NCBI GenBank assembly: GCA_010909165.1
Contig: MU008193.1
Span: forward strand, 186,001 to 250,000
Reading direction: 5' to 3'
DNA: 64,000 bases
From: Anthoceros angustus
Lineage: Eukaryota; Plantae; Anthocerotophyta
A program made the translations under genes and the position numbers. Positions 22,312 through 35,230 of this stretch are shown here, piece after piece. How positions within the stretch are numbered: the stretch's first letter is position 1; every line of letters starts with the position of its first letter. The notes under the pieces are model-generated. The model ran no database searches and was not told the origin of the DNA. It was given only the letters and a program-made list of their open reading frames with translations.

Positions 22312-25300
22312 CTTCCCGCTCTAGAAAGAACAAGTGTATAATGTTCTAGTGCGAAAAAGCGATCAAGCCCGTGAAGTTTAGCGCCAAACCGTATAGTATG
22401 ACATGATGAGTGGTGGTGACTGGATGAGCTTGCTAGATCTACTATCATGCTAACATTGTCAAAACAAGGTACTTCAATGTGAAAGATAAGACGAGTTACG
22501 ACGTGGGCGTGTCAGGTGACGTATGAGAAGCAAAGTGCGGCTTCTCGTGTATTGGTTGAAACAATGGTGGACTTGAAGATGAAGGAAGGGACGAGGATGT
22601 CCGATCATCGAATGATTTCAATACCATTTTCAATGACTCTCATCTCAAGGTATCATTCCCAGTTAGTGAGCTATGTTTCATTGGTCACATTACAGAGTTG
22701 GGACACCTTTTAAATGCGACTCGAGTAATTACACTTGCTAGTGGTCTTACCATTGTAAATGTAGAAGGTAGCACAGTGGCGAGGAGGTGAGCAGGAAAAC
22801 ATGGAACCTTCAAAAGGTTCCGGTGCCCTCATAGTGAGAGGGAGGTCCGCTGCGAAGGGAAGCAAGCGGACGAAGCTTCTCTCGTAGCAAATCTCGTAGT
22901 CGTAACAAGAATGTGGAGTGTCACTATTGTCACAAAAGGGTCACTTCAAAAGAGAGTGCGAGAAGTTCAAAAGGACCAAGGAAAAGAGAAGAAGAAGGCG
23001 ACTTGAATGTCGTTGGAAGAGTTAAACTACATTGAGGACGGAGATGTCCTTATCTCTTCTTACTTGAATCTTGCACAATTAAGTGGATAGTCATTTATTC
23101 GCAATTGGATAATTGACTGGTGCATCTTTGGTACTCCTCATAGAGTGGTTTAGCGTATGATGCTACAAGGAAAGGATCGTTAGGCTTGGAAATAACTATG
23201 CATGCATGCGATCGCGCGTGGTGATGTCTCAAGTTTGACAACGGATCTTCATTCATCTTTGAAGGGCGTTAGGCATGTTCCGAAGTTGACAAAGAGCATG
23301 ATTAGCGCAGGACAGTTGGATGATGCTGGTTACCACTGCTGGTTTGGGGATCACTCTTGGAAGATCTCCAAAGGTTCTCTTGTGTTAGCTCGTGGATCGA
23401 AGTGTGGCACTTTGTACTCACTTGGTAAACATCAAAGATCATGTGATAATCGATGTGAGCGATGTTTCCTTGTGGCATTGCGGTTAGGACATATGTCTCG
23501 AGAAGGGAATGAAGGTTTTATCTAGATTACGGTTATATCCTGCTTCTCGATCTCTCGATGTGTGAGCCTTTGTTTATATGGGAAGCAGACAAAATCATCA
23601 CATCGAACAAGAGGTAAAAGTAGAGTAAACCTCTTGAGTTGGTTCACGATGATGTATGTGGACCTATGCCTCTGCATCATTAGGCGGTGCCTCTATTTTG
23701 TCACTTTCATAGATGATTTCTCACGCAAGGTGTGGGTTTATCCTTTGAGGAAAAAGGATGAAGTTACACGGTGTTTGAAATTTGTCACCCTTGTAGAGAA
23801 TCATCGCCGATTGAAGTGTCTAAGGGCGGATAATGGTGGAAGTATGTTTGAAAGCTTTCGGTCATTACGTGATTCAGGGAATCAAAAGAAATTGCGCCGT
23901 ATACTCCTCCACAAAATGGTGTGGTGGCGGATGAGCAGAACCATTCGAGGAGAGGATCGTGGTTGTTGTCAAACTACGGATTGCCTAATGGGTTTTGGGC
24001 GAGCGTCTCAGTTCATCTTATTAATGATCTCCTAATAAAATTTGTTGATGGCGGGTTCAGGAGCTATAGTGCGGAAAGAAACCATCCTACAAGCATCTGC
24101 AGTGTTTGGGCGTGAGGCATCTTGCCATGTTCCAAAAGAGTTTCGGGACAAGTTGGCACCTAAGTCCAAGAAATGTATTTTTCTTGGCTATGGTGATTAC
24201 GGTGAGATGGGATACCGTTTGTGGGATCGAGGCTAGAAAGGTTGTTCGTACTAACGACGTGTTCTTCAATGAGAACAAGATGCGGAAGCCTACTCCAAGC
24301 TGTGGAGGTGCGAAGGGTGATCTTCAAGAAGATGGACATGATCATCATGGGCGGGTTGATAACTGGTAATGTGCGGGAGCACATTCCTCCACCGGATAGA
24401 TGAACCAAGAGTCGAACAAGCTCCTATAGAGGTGCACATGCCCGTGGGTCGAGGCGGGATTACACCTCGGCGGTATGATCCATCTGGATTATGTCATCTT
24501 GACAGTTGTGGGGAACCCTCTTCTTACAAAGAGGCCATGTCAATGAGTAACAAAGAGAAGTGGAGAAGGCCATGCGATCGAAATGAATTGCATAAGAACC
24601 AAACTTGGGAGTTGGTTGGTTGCCTAGGATAAGAAGGCACTACCTGCAAATGGGTGTACAAGATGAAGGTCATACTTGATGGCAAACCAAAGTACAAGGC
24701 ACGATTGGTTGCTAAGGGTTTCAAGCAACAACAAGGCATTGACTTTGATGAGATTTTCTCACGATAGTCAAAATGACAACTTTGCGATGTGTTCTTGCTT
24801 TGGTTGCGAGAATGATATGGAACTTATGCATGGATGTCAAGACGGCATTCTTGCATGGTGACCTTCAAGAGGCGTCTACATGCGACAACGAAGGTTTTGT
24901 TGAGAAGGGCAAAGAGCATCGGTGTGCGAGGTTGAGGAAGAGCCTTTATGGTTTGAAACAGCACCCGAGAGTGGTATCACAAGTTCCACTCATTTATGCT
25001 TTCTCAAGGCTACAAGCGTGGCGATGAGGATCATTGCCTCTATCTGAAGCAAGCTAAGGATCAAAGCTTGCTCATTTTGATCCTCTATGTGGATGATATG
25101 CTAATTCTTTGGAAGCGATGAGATTTGAAGTCAAAGTTGAATGCTCACTTTGAAATAGCAGACTTGGGAGGCGAGCCATATACTTGGCATGCGTATTCGT
25201 CGGAGCAGACATAAGCGTCGCTTTATTTGTCTCGAACGGAATACATTAAGTGCTTCAACGTTTCAACATGGAGAAGGGAAGCCATTGGGTACTCCATTGC

Positions 25301-28300
25301 CTCCATATGTGAAACTTTCAAGCGGATTGCCCAAGCTCGAGGAGGACAAAGCTGAAATGGAGAAGGTCCCATACTCATCGTGTAGGGAGTTTGATGTATG
25401 CAATGATTGCTACACGTCCGACATTGCCTTTGCGGTGGGAGTGGTTAGCGAGTTTATGTCAAACCACAGCAAGAAGCATTGGGAGGCGATAAAAGGAGTT
25501 ATGAGGTATCCGAATGGTACAAAAGCTTTGTGCATATGTTTTGGTAGTGAAGATGCATGTGTGGTTGGGTACCAGATCTTGATTATCAGGATATGGACAA
25601 AAGGAGGTCCACATCAGTTATGTCTTCATGCCTTTGGAGGCGATCTCATGGCGATCTCGTTTGCGATCGTGCATTCGCTATCTACCACAGAGTATGTTTC
25701 AAAGCTTTCAGCCATTCTGTGATTCCAAGGAATCAAAAGAGAATTGATCACCAGATACTCCTCCACAAAATGTGTCGAGCGGATGAATGTAACTATTCTG
25801 AGAGAGGATGCGAGTTTGTTGTCAAACTCGATTGCCTAATGGGTTGCAAGCAATTCATCTTATTAATGATCTCCTAATAAGTTGATGAGGTGTTCCAGAG
25901 GAGCTATGGTCCGAAAGAAACCATCCTACAAGCATCTGCGAGTGTTTGTGAGGCATACCGCCATGTTCCAAAAGAGTTTCGGGACAAGTTGGCACCTAAG
26001 TCCAAGAAATGTATTTTTCTTGGCTATGGTGATTCGGTGAGATGGGATACCGCTAGGGATCCAAGCTAGAAAGGTTGTTAACGACGTGTTCTTCAATGAG
26101 AACAAGATGCAGGAAGCCTACTCCAACCGTGGAGGTGCGAAGGGTGATCTTCCAAGAAGATGGACATGATCATCATGGGCGTTGATAACCGTGGTAATGT
26201 GCGGGAGCACATTCCTCCACGGTAGATGAACCAAGAGTCGAACAAGCACCTATAGAGGTGCTCGTGTCAGAGGTCGGATTACACGACCTCCGATGTATGA
26301 TCCATCTGGATTATGTCAGGCCGACAGATTGGGGAACCCTCTTCTTACAAAGAGGCCATGTCAATGAGTAACAAAGAGAAGTGGAGAAGGCCATGCGATC
26401 GAAATGAATTGCATAAGAACCAAACTTGGGAGTTGGTTGGTTGCCTAGGATAAGAAGGCACTACCACTGCAAATGGGTGTACAAGATGAAGGTCATAATT
26501 TGATGGCAAACCAAAGTACAAGGCACGATTGGTTGCTAAGGGTTTCAAGCAACAAGGCATTGACTTTGATGAGATTTTCTCACCAAGAGTCAAAATGACA
26601 ACTTTGCGATGTGTTCTTGCTTTGGTTGCTGTGAATGATATGGAACTTGCATGATGGATGTCAAGACGGCATTCTTGCATGGTGACCTTCAAGAGGAAGT
26701 CTAGCAAAGAACTGTAAGGTTTTGTTGAGAAGGGCAAAGAAGTGAGGAAGAGCCTTTATGGTTTGAAACAGCACCTGAGAGTGGTATCACAAGTTCCACT
26801 CATTTATGCTTTCTCAAGGCTACAAACGTAGCGATGAGGATCATTGCCTCTATACGAAGCAAGCTAAGGATCAAAGCTTGCTCATTTTGATCCTCTATGT
26901 GGATGATATGCTAATTGTCGAACAAGATCGATGAGATTTCAAAGTCAAAGTTGAATGCTCACTTTGAAATGACAGACTTGGGAGAGGCGAGCCATATACT
27001 TGGCATGCGATTCGCCGAATGCATAAGCCCCGCTTTATTTGTCTCATTTTAATACATTAATGTGGTGCTTCAACGTTTCAACATGGAGAAGGGAAGCCAT
27101 TGGGTACTCCATTGCCTCCATATGTGAAACTTTCAAGCGAGGATTGCCCAAGCTCGAGGAGGACAAAGTCAAAATGGAGAAGGTCCCATACTCATCACCG
27201 TAGGGAGTTTGATGTATGCAATGATTGCTACACGTCCGACATTGCCTTTGCAAAGGGGAGTGTTTATGTCAAACCCGCAAGAAGCATTGGGAGGCGAAAA
27301 GGAGTTATGAGGTATCCGAATGGTACAAAAGCTTTGTGCATATGTTTTGGTAGTGAAGATGCATGTGGGTTCATGATGTGATTATGCAGGGATATGGACA
27401 AAAGGAGGTCCACATCGTTATGTCTTCATGTGCACCGGAGGGGCGCCTCATGGCGATCTCGCCAGGCATTACGCTATCTACCACAGAGGCCGAGTATGTT
27501 GCGACAGCGAGGCTTGCAAGGAAGCCATATGGCTTGCTCGTTTAGTGGGAGACTTGGGGATCAAGGTTGAGTCGCTGTTGCATTGTGATAGCAGTGCTAT
27601 CAATTGGCAAAGAATCCGATGTTTCATGCGAAGACTAAACATGTGGATGTGAAGTATCACTTCATTCGAGAGGTGTTGGATGACAAGAGGTACAACTTGT
27701 CAAGGTTCACACCGGCGAGAACCCATATTCTTACCAAGGGACTCTCTCAGACAATTTGCACAAGCTCGGACAGCGATGGGCATGAGGTAGTCCATTCTCC
27801 TCTGAAGGTAAATTGGCCTTTAAGTGGGAGGTTGTAAGGGTATTAAAGCCCAATGTACTTAGACTAATACGCTTAGTCTAAGTTAGGTGTCATTAGTTTA
27901 GCTGAAGCTAATAACTAGGAAGCTTCTTGCGCTGTTTCCTAGGGGCTTCCCGTGGAGCTTCCTAGGGAGCCCTGCTGGAGGGTATAAATACCCCCAGAGC
28001 CCTCATCTCAATGAGAGAGATACATTTGCTTCCTCCTCTCCTCTCCTCTTTCCACCATCATGGGCTGCCACACGATCCTTCAACTTGGTGGCTTGACGGC
28101 ATCACGGCATGGTGCTGATGAGGAGGAGAACAGGGAGGTCGAGGAAGAGGAACACCAGCCCATGCCGAATTTGTATTAGACACAGACCTGGTGGAGTCTC
28201 AGGCCGAGAACATGGACCTACACAACGGTGCTCCGGCAGAGGTGACACAGGTTGTGGAGAAGGGAGGAGGTCGGAAGAGGAAAGCAAGAGCAAGGCCTGG

Positions 28301-28315
28301 AGGGCTGGATGGGGG

Positions 28316-31300
28316 CACAACAAGAATAAGGGTGTTTTTACAACGTGTTTGAAAATGTATTTTACAACAGTATTTATCAACATATTGTAAATCTGACCGT
28401 TGTAGTGGATGCGTCAAAGGTGACATTGTAAAACGGTAATTTCTTATGCCACTTTTGCCGGTCCGGGTTGTAAAAAAGAGTTGAGTTGTAAGTTTTGTTT
28501 GGTATTAGCTTCGGTGACATGTTAGCCCCGCGCCACATCATCAAGCCATGTCTCCATGCCACGTCATCATGCCGCATCAGCAGAAGTGCCACGCCATCAT
28601 GGCAGAATCAAGGCGTTCCATTAGTGTGTTCACTACGACACATGAAAGATAACGGGGATTTAAAACAACAGGGACAATGCGGTGGTACTGTTTAAGGATC
28701 GTTCGACAAGAATACAAAACTTCGACAACAAACTTGCCAAATGAACGAACGATTAATTGATGATAAGTTTCTCCTTATATACAAAATTGTAAAGTCATGT
28801 CCTTTTGTAATTAGGTTTAACTAAGTCACTTTGATATACATAGCCCTAATCTAACTGGCGTAAGTTTATATAACGTGTAACCCTAATGGCACGGTTACTC
28901 TCAACAGGTACAAGGCATTCCATTAGTGTGTTCACTACGACACGTGAAAGACAACGGGGATTTAAAACAATAGGGACAACGTGGTCTACCACGCCGTTTA
29001 CTGCGTGATGAACAATATTTCTAGCAAGGGGGTTTACAACACTCCAAACCACATGTTTTGCAACACCAAATTACTAGAGTTTTAACAATATTGTGCCTAG
29101 CAAGATACCTTATGATTTCGATTACAAGACGCATTACAGGCCTACGTACCAGGTGGTTTACAGTGCTGATGCGGCGAAGGTCTAACTCTAGTTAATTAAC
29201 CAGTATCAGTTATCCAGGGTTAAGTAACTAAGGTTAAATAACCAACGGTCAATTATATAGGGTTCACTAATCAAGTTAGAGTAACGTGGGTTAATTAGCC
29301 AGGTTGCATAGTTCATCACGTTGTAATTGCATTTTATTAGTTCAATTGTAAATTGGGTCGATTATCGACTTTAGGATATTTAATAATCGATAATATTATT
29401 TAATACAAAATTATTTTCTAAAACAATAAAAGCAGTTGGGGCATCGACCACATCCTTTTCCCTCGAGCCTTGCACTCCAGCCTCCACTGCCTTCCTCCAC
29501 TTTGAGAAAACCACATTCCAACGTAGGTGTCTCTCGTAATCACCCTTATTCCTTACCTGCTCTGTTGCCTCCATTCACCCGTGTCCTTACAAAATAGTTG
29601 CGCGAGCGCAGGCAAGCGGAAAATTTCTTCTGTTTGAAATCCAAGTTCTTGATGTGAGGAAACTCCCTCGCCACCAAGTCCATCCCGGGTCCGCAATTAC
29701 ATGTCTTGCGTTTTCCAACTGTGCCCAAACTTCATCTATGTGATGACCAGCTCATGAACGTATTTGCCGAATGCATCCCTGTCATCCTCTCTTCCTCGTC
29801 CAAACATTCCCCCCCGGATAGTTGCATGCTACATAGTCGTGACCTCCACCTTCAGTAGTTTGGCTCAGACCTCGTCCTTCCCGTGGAGGAGAGGAAATCA
29901 ACCCTCCACCTTGTCACGGTCATGTTACAATCTTGTTCCAATTATATCGCAATGTAGTGAAAGGTGGAATGTGTCCTCTCTAAAAATTTCAACATAATTA
30001 CAACAACCAAAGTATTACATTCAATTTTGTCTCTTGTTACAGTTTTGCAGACTTGGTACCGAACCTCCTTCCCATCTACCTTAACCCTTGTTGCTTTTAC
30101 TCCCGTAGTATTTTGCCTGTGCCATTATTGTAACACATGTACTGGGCTGTACCTGTATTTCACGTGTATGCTCCTTGGCCTGTGCATGGTACATGCCATG
30201 CCTACTCCACATCGTAGGCAGCTATTGGAAACTCTTGCCTCCCGTACGACTTGTGATTTTGGCCTTGCCTTCCTCTTCCGTTCTGCGGCCATTTTCCTGT
30301 TGTCATGTGCATGCGTTTCTCCCCATGTGGTATTGGAAGTCTGCAATCACAACCATGCACATGCCATACAGATGGCCCTTGGTCTGTAATCATAGAGAAA
30401 TTGCTAGCTGGAAAATTACAATTTGCACGCTCATCCTAGCCACCTTGTCTCTAATTTGTTTCTCCCCATTCCCTAACAATGGTTCTGTGCTTGTCAACGT
30501 CCTCTCCGTTAGCGCAGCCCACACCGTATTATCCATGCTCCTCACTACAAGAATAAGGGTGCTTTTACTAACTTCAAATTCAAGGCCTAGGGTCAAAATT
30601 GGCCCAATCAAGTTTTACAATGAGCTAATAGGAAGTTTTGAAGGCCAAATTACCCAACGAGGTTTTACAATGTGGCTAAATCTTGGTACAATGGTGGCTA
30701 TATCCAATGAGTGGCTCGGTTCCCATTTTAGTTTAATATTCATATTTTCCGTTGTACTTCAATATTGTTATTGATGTTCGAGTACCATGTTGGTAATGCC
30801 GCGGCCCTTTTTACCACAAAAATCTTTGTAGGACCTTGTACTCGGTGTTGTTAATTGCAGTAGTTGTACATCCTCTTGTACTTGGGGAGGTTCGGCTGGC
30901 TGTTGTAATCCAAGCATACTTTTTAACACTCGCATGTCATGGAATATAATTTATTATTAAATTGCCTTGTACCTAGCGTTGTAAACGGAGTGTTGTTAAT
31001 TGCAGTAGTTGTACATCCTCTTGTACTTGGGGAGGTTCGGCTGGCTGTTGTAATCCAAGCATACTTTTTAACACTCGCATGTCATGGAATATAATTTATT
31101 ATTAAATTGCCTTGTACCTAGCGTTGTAAACGGAGTGACCGTACGGGGTGTTGTAAAATGGAAGCACAAAATTACAATTTTATTGGAAAAATTATATGAA
31201 TACATAGAAAGTACATTGTAAGGCCATTTGTAAATCATATGAAAACGACCTACTAGTAAGTATAGAATGTCCTTTTATAATGAGATTTCGGGTTTCACTA

Positions 31301-31400
31301 ACAAAATTTTGAATTTTAATTGTACCTCACATAACAAAAAGGGCCATTCACGTACACTTTTAATGGTGAAGTCCATGTCAGCTTCTTTGGAGCCTTGTTA
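28316..31400. mobile_element. CACTA (En/Spm) transposon remnants
   Basis: CAC(A/T)ACAAGAATAAGGGTG termini at 28316 and 30543; many TTTACAA/TTGTAAA subterminal repeats; minus-strand Tnp2-like NFPAS..*LQTKGH and DIIGT fragments at ~29900-30420. Confidence 0.5.
30845..31137. repeat. Exact 145-bp tandem duplication
   Basis: 30845-30989 equals 30990-31134, with GTG at the junction. Confidence 0.95.
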
Positions 31401-31844
31401 AATGCGATGCATCTGTTTTACCGCTGTGGTTGTATAGCATGTTGTATATTGAGAATAAAGAAGAATTAGAAATATGGATGTTAAAACCCGCAGGAGCTAT
31501 TGGTACACACGAAGTAATGAGGCACATAACATGAGGCCGGCGCAAATGGTTTTGCCTTGGGCATCCCATATGTCATGGGGCCATGCCCACTCGCACCCAC
31601 TGCGCATGTCCACACCATCCCGCACACGTTACCGTTGGACGGCAACAGCTTGCCGTGCCCGTTTGGACGCCCGTTCCGCCAAACTCCGTCCCTAAGTTGT
31701 GCCAGGGCATAGTTATTCCAGGAAAACGAAAACGGGCGGGCAAAACGCTTTGGTTTCAAAACACATATTAATGAAAGCCTCCGGACCTTCCCCCTCAATT
31801 ACTCGAGTGTGTCACACCAAGCTAGCAATGTGCGTTGCTGATCA

Positions 31845-32078
<234 letters not shown>

Positions 32079-33153
32079 TCATTGTTCCTCCCAAATCTGG
32101 GCTGTGCCAACAAAGGCGAATAAAAAATGCCCACGTTCCTCCCGTTCTTCAGATCTCACCTATCTTTGCTCGCCAAAACAAGGCATGCTAAACCAACAGG
32201 CACTATGTAAATTGTCTACACCGGCCGGAACAGTGAAGGGTGAAGAGTGCAGAGCTAACAAATTACCCCACATTGGGCGGCTCAATGGACGGAACAACTT
32301 GTGGCAATATGATCTTGTACTCTGGTACTGAGTCCTCATTGTGTGTACAGGTTAGCCCGCGCGGTATGAGTGGACTTTTTGGAACGGGGGCCCGCAGCTA
32401 GTTGGCCCCTATCCGGGATTGAATGTTCGACAATGAGACACGGTTGACCAGGTGCCTCAATAGGTCCACAATGCGGGTGATTGCCCGCTCTCATTGGACT
32501 CTCGAGTTCCGGGGCGGCCTGATAGGTAAGCGGGCTACGCGTGGTACGCGTTTGTTTAGCTCTAACTCTAATTTTGGAGTGGAGCGCTGAAGCAAGCAGG
32601 CACCTACCCAATCATTCCTAAGCAGCATGAATCTTCGACAGGTGACACGCCTGTGCGAGGCAAAAGAAGAGTCACCCGATGCCCTGCCTCTCAGACCTCA
32701 TCGTCGACGTCTCTCACAGAGTCAAGGTTGCAGTCGAGAGACTCGAGAGGGTGGAGAGGAGGTGAATCGACACACTGGTGCCACTGGGTGCTTGGCAATG
32801 AGAAGACGCTGCGGCTGATAAGGACACTTCACGCCTTCACACCTGCCTGTGGTGGACAAAGATAACCCTGCAAAACGAATACGACCATGTTGCATATAAA
32901 GGACGGGACACTGAAGGATCGACATGGTGGGCGGAGGCCATGGCAGGCTCCCAAACATATCGACATGGTGGGCTGAGGCCATGGCAGATTCCCAAATATA
33001 TCGACATGGTGAGCGGTGTCTTGGCGCCGCACCAGGTGCCTACACTCGAATTGCAGTGCCAAACATTTTGGAGGTGTATAGTGCCACTCCAGATTCTTAG
33101 TCCACAGAAGCGGAGACACTAAGCGGTGTCCTGGCGCTACACCAGGTGCCTAC

Positions 33154-33376
33154 CACGTGTCATCTTGTTGTGCGGAATGATGGGAGCGGGAGATTTCTCG
33201 ACATGCACCAAGACACAAAAGATCACCAGGTGCATCCGCCAGTTCACAAGGGCTGCCTGCATGGAATATTCGACAACCAGTACTTCTGCAGTGGCCTCTT
33301 AGCTTGCTTGCGTCTCTTGGAACTTGGAATTGATAGAGGTGGTAAACTGCCAGTGTTACCCGACTGTGACTGCATG
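33154..33376 (+). promoter_or_regulatory. ABRE/G-box plus RY elements upstream of storage-protein gene 1
   Basis: CACGTGTC at 33154; RY (CATGCA/TGCATG) at 33202, 33258 and 33371, all within 360 bp of the ATG. Confidence 0.55.
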
Positions 33377-33507
33377 TTGATTGCATTTGCCATATCCGCC
33401 CTCTACCATCCGGGAGTACAAATGCTCCTCGTCTTGTCAGGCTCTTTCATCTCGCATTTCAGCTTGTTCCGTCTGCTACCCAGAAAATCCATCTGGAAGT
33501 GCTCACC

Positions 33508-35230
33508 ATGGGTCGCTCTTTGGCTTTAAATTTGGTCTTGGGCCTGCTGCTTGTTGGCACCTTTGCAAGCGCGGAGCGTGAGGAGCTCCAACTGGGAGAA
33601 CCCCGCAAGACACTCCAGACCAGTGGAGGACAGATTGAGGAATGGGACGTTCGGGTCCTTAGAGATGCCAATGTCGCCGAAGCCAGGATCACACTCAGGC
33701 CGCGTGGCCTGCTCCTGCCCCAGTACTCTGATTCCGCTTCCGTGGGGTATGTGGAGCAAGGTGAGTCCGACATGACAAGGTTCTGAACACCCTGACAGAA
33801 TCTTGATGATACATTTGATGAGTCGGGGATCTTCAAGGCGCAGCCGCATCTTGGTCTAATCGATGCTGCTTGAAACGCAGGAGAGGGCATTGTGGGTCTT
33901 CTGAGCGGCTACTCCTTGGGCGAGTCCTCTGCAGTCCGCCGTGTAAGGCGTGGCGATGTCGTCGCCTACCCCCGAGGAGTTGCCGGATGGTGGTACAACA
34001 GTGGCAACGAAGACCTCCGCATCCTGGGCATCGCAGACACATCTGCTTCACCGAACGGTGATTACAATGTGAGTGTTCCAGACATACCAGTAGGGAGATC
34101 ACACGACTTGCGCAGCAAATTGTGCGATTCTCGCGACTCCAAGACCGATTCTTCCTTTGCTGTGCCTGCAGGGATTCCATCTGATCGGCGGAGGAAGTGG
34201 GGAAAGCAAGAAGGGATGGCGCTGGGAACGGCATGAGCGTGAGAAACGTGGGCAGGAAGAATTCCGAGGAGTTCTCCACGGCTTCAGGAGGGAATTCTTG
34301 GCTGATGCCTGGGACCTGGACGAGAGCCGAGTGGACGAGCTGCTGGACAGCCAGAGGGGCGCTGGGATTGTGCTGGTTGAGCGTGAGATCAGGCTTCCGG
34401 AACAGGCCAACAGGGAAGAAGGCCGCAGCTTCTCTCGATCCGCCGACCGGGCCGACCCTGACCTCCGGGAGTACCTTGCGAATGGGGAATTCGTCTACAA
34501 CGTTAGGGAGGGATCTGCCGATGTGCGCGTCCGGGATGCTGGTTTCTACAACAGCGTGAACAGGTTCAAGCTGCCCATCCTCAAGGCTGTCGACCTGGGT
34601 CTCACATACGGCCGCCTCGAGAGCGTACGTTTTCACAACCCATCCATCCCCTTCAATGCTTTTTGACCGATGCTCCACAGCTCTCTGTTTAATGCTCCTC
34701 GTCTGCTGCTTGATGCATGCAGAACGCCATCGTGGCTCCCCAGTGGTCACCCACGGGACATGAAGTCGTCCACATCCTGAGGGGCAGCGCTAATCTGCAG
34801 ATCGTTAACAACAACGGGGAGCAGCTTCTGGACAGGGAAGTGAGGGAAGGCGACGCTTACGTGATTCCCCGTTTCTATGCCCACGGCGTCCAGGCCGGCG
34901 ACAAAGGCCTGGAATGGATCAGCTTCTACACCACCCACCAGTGCGTGTCTTAACAATTCGTTTTCAGATTTGATTCTGGATTGCAAAAAGCATTGCACTG
35001 ACTAATACTTGCATTTGCATTGCAGGCCTCTTGTTGAGGCTCTTGCAGGCAGAACATCCGTGCTGAGGCAGCTCCCGGAGGACGTGGCCGCTGCAGCTTT
35101 CAACATTGATATCGAGCAGGTCCGAGAAGCTAGGGAGACCCGAAGGGAGCGTGAAGCTCTGTTGCTGCCTGCTGCAGGCCGCCACCGCCAGAGGAAGGCT
35201 TCTTTCGTCAGCAGGTTCCTCAAGTTTTAA
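33508..35230 (+). CDS. 11S/legumin-like bicupin, secreted (putative spore/seed storage protein), copy 1, 438 aa
   Basis: Exons 33508-33760, 33881-34068, 34172-34624, 34723-34940, 35026-35230; all introns GT-AG; 1317 nt in frame; hydrophobic signal peptide; LLLPQYSDS..GYVEQG and APQWSP..HEVVHILRG cupin motifs. Confidence 0.92.

Larger units (their letters stand above)
17712..27770 (+). pseudogene. Copia A gag-pol, split by the 17775-22311 insertion and internally duplicated
   Basis: MFNIEKLDGTNF| ... |KEQVYNVLVRK gag; CHYCHKKGHFKREC knuckle ~22915; VCGP and YFVTFIDDFSRKVW integrase; [11 protein letters not shown] and LYVDDML RT (twice); STTEAEYVA and KHVDVKYHFIRE RNase H. Confidence 0.9.
16634..28082 (+). 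mobile_element. Full-length Ty1/Copia retrotransposon A (decayed) with nested insertion
   Basis: 5' LTR 16634-16824; 3' LTR 27833-28082 (TG..CA); TSD ACTTG at 16629-16633 and 28083-28087; tRNA-iMet PBS TGGTATCAGAGC 16827-16838; PPT 27822-27832. Confidence 0.95.
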
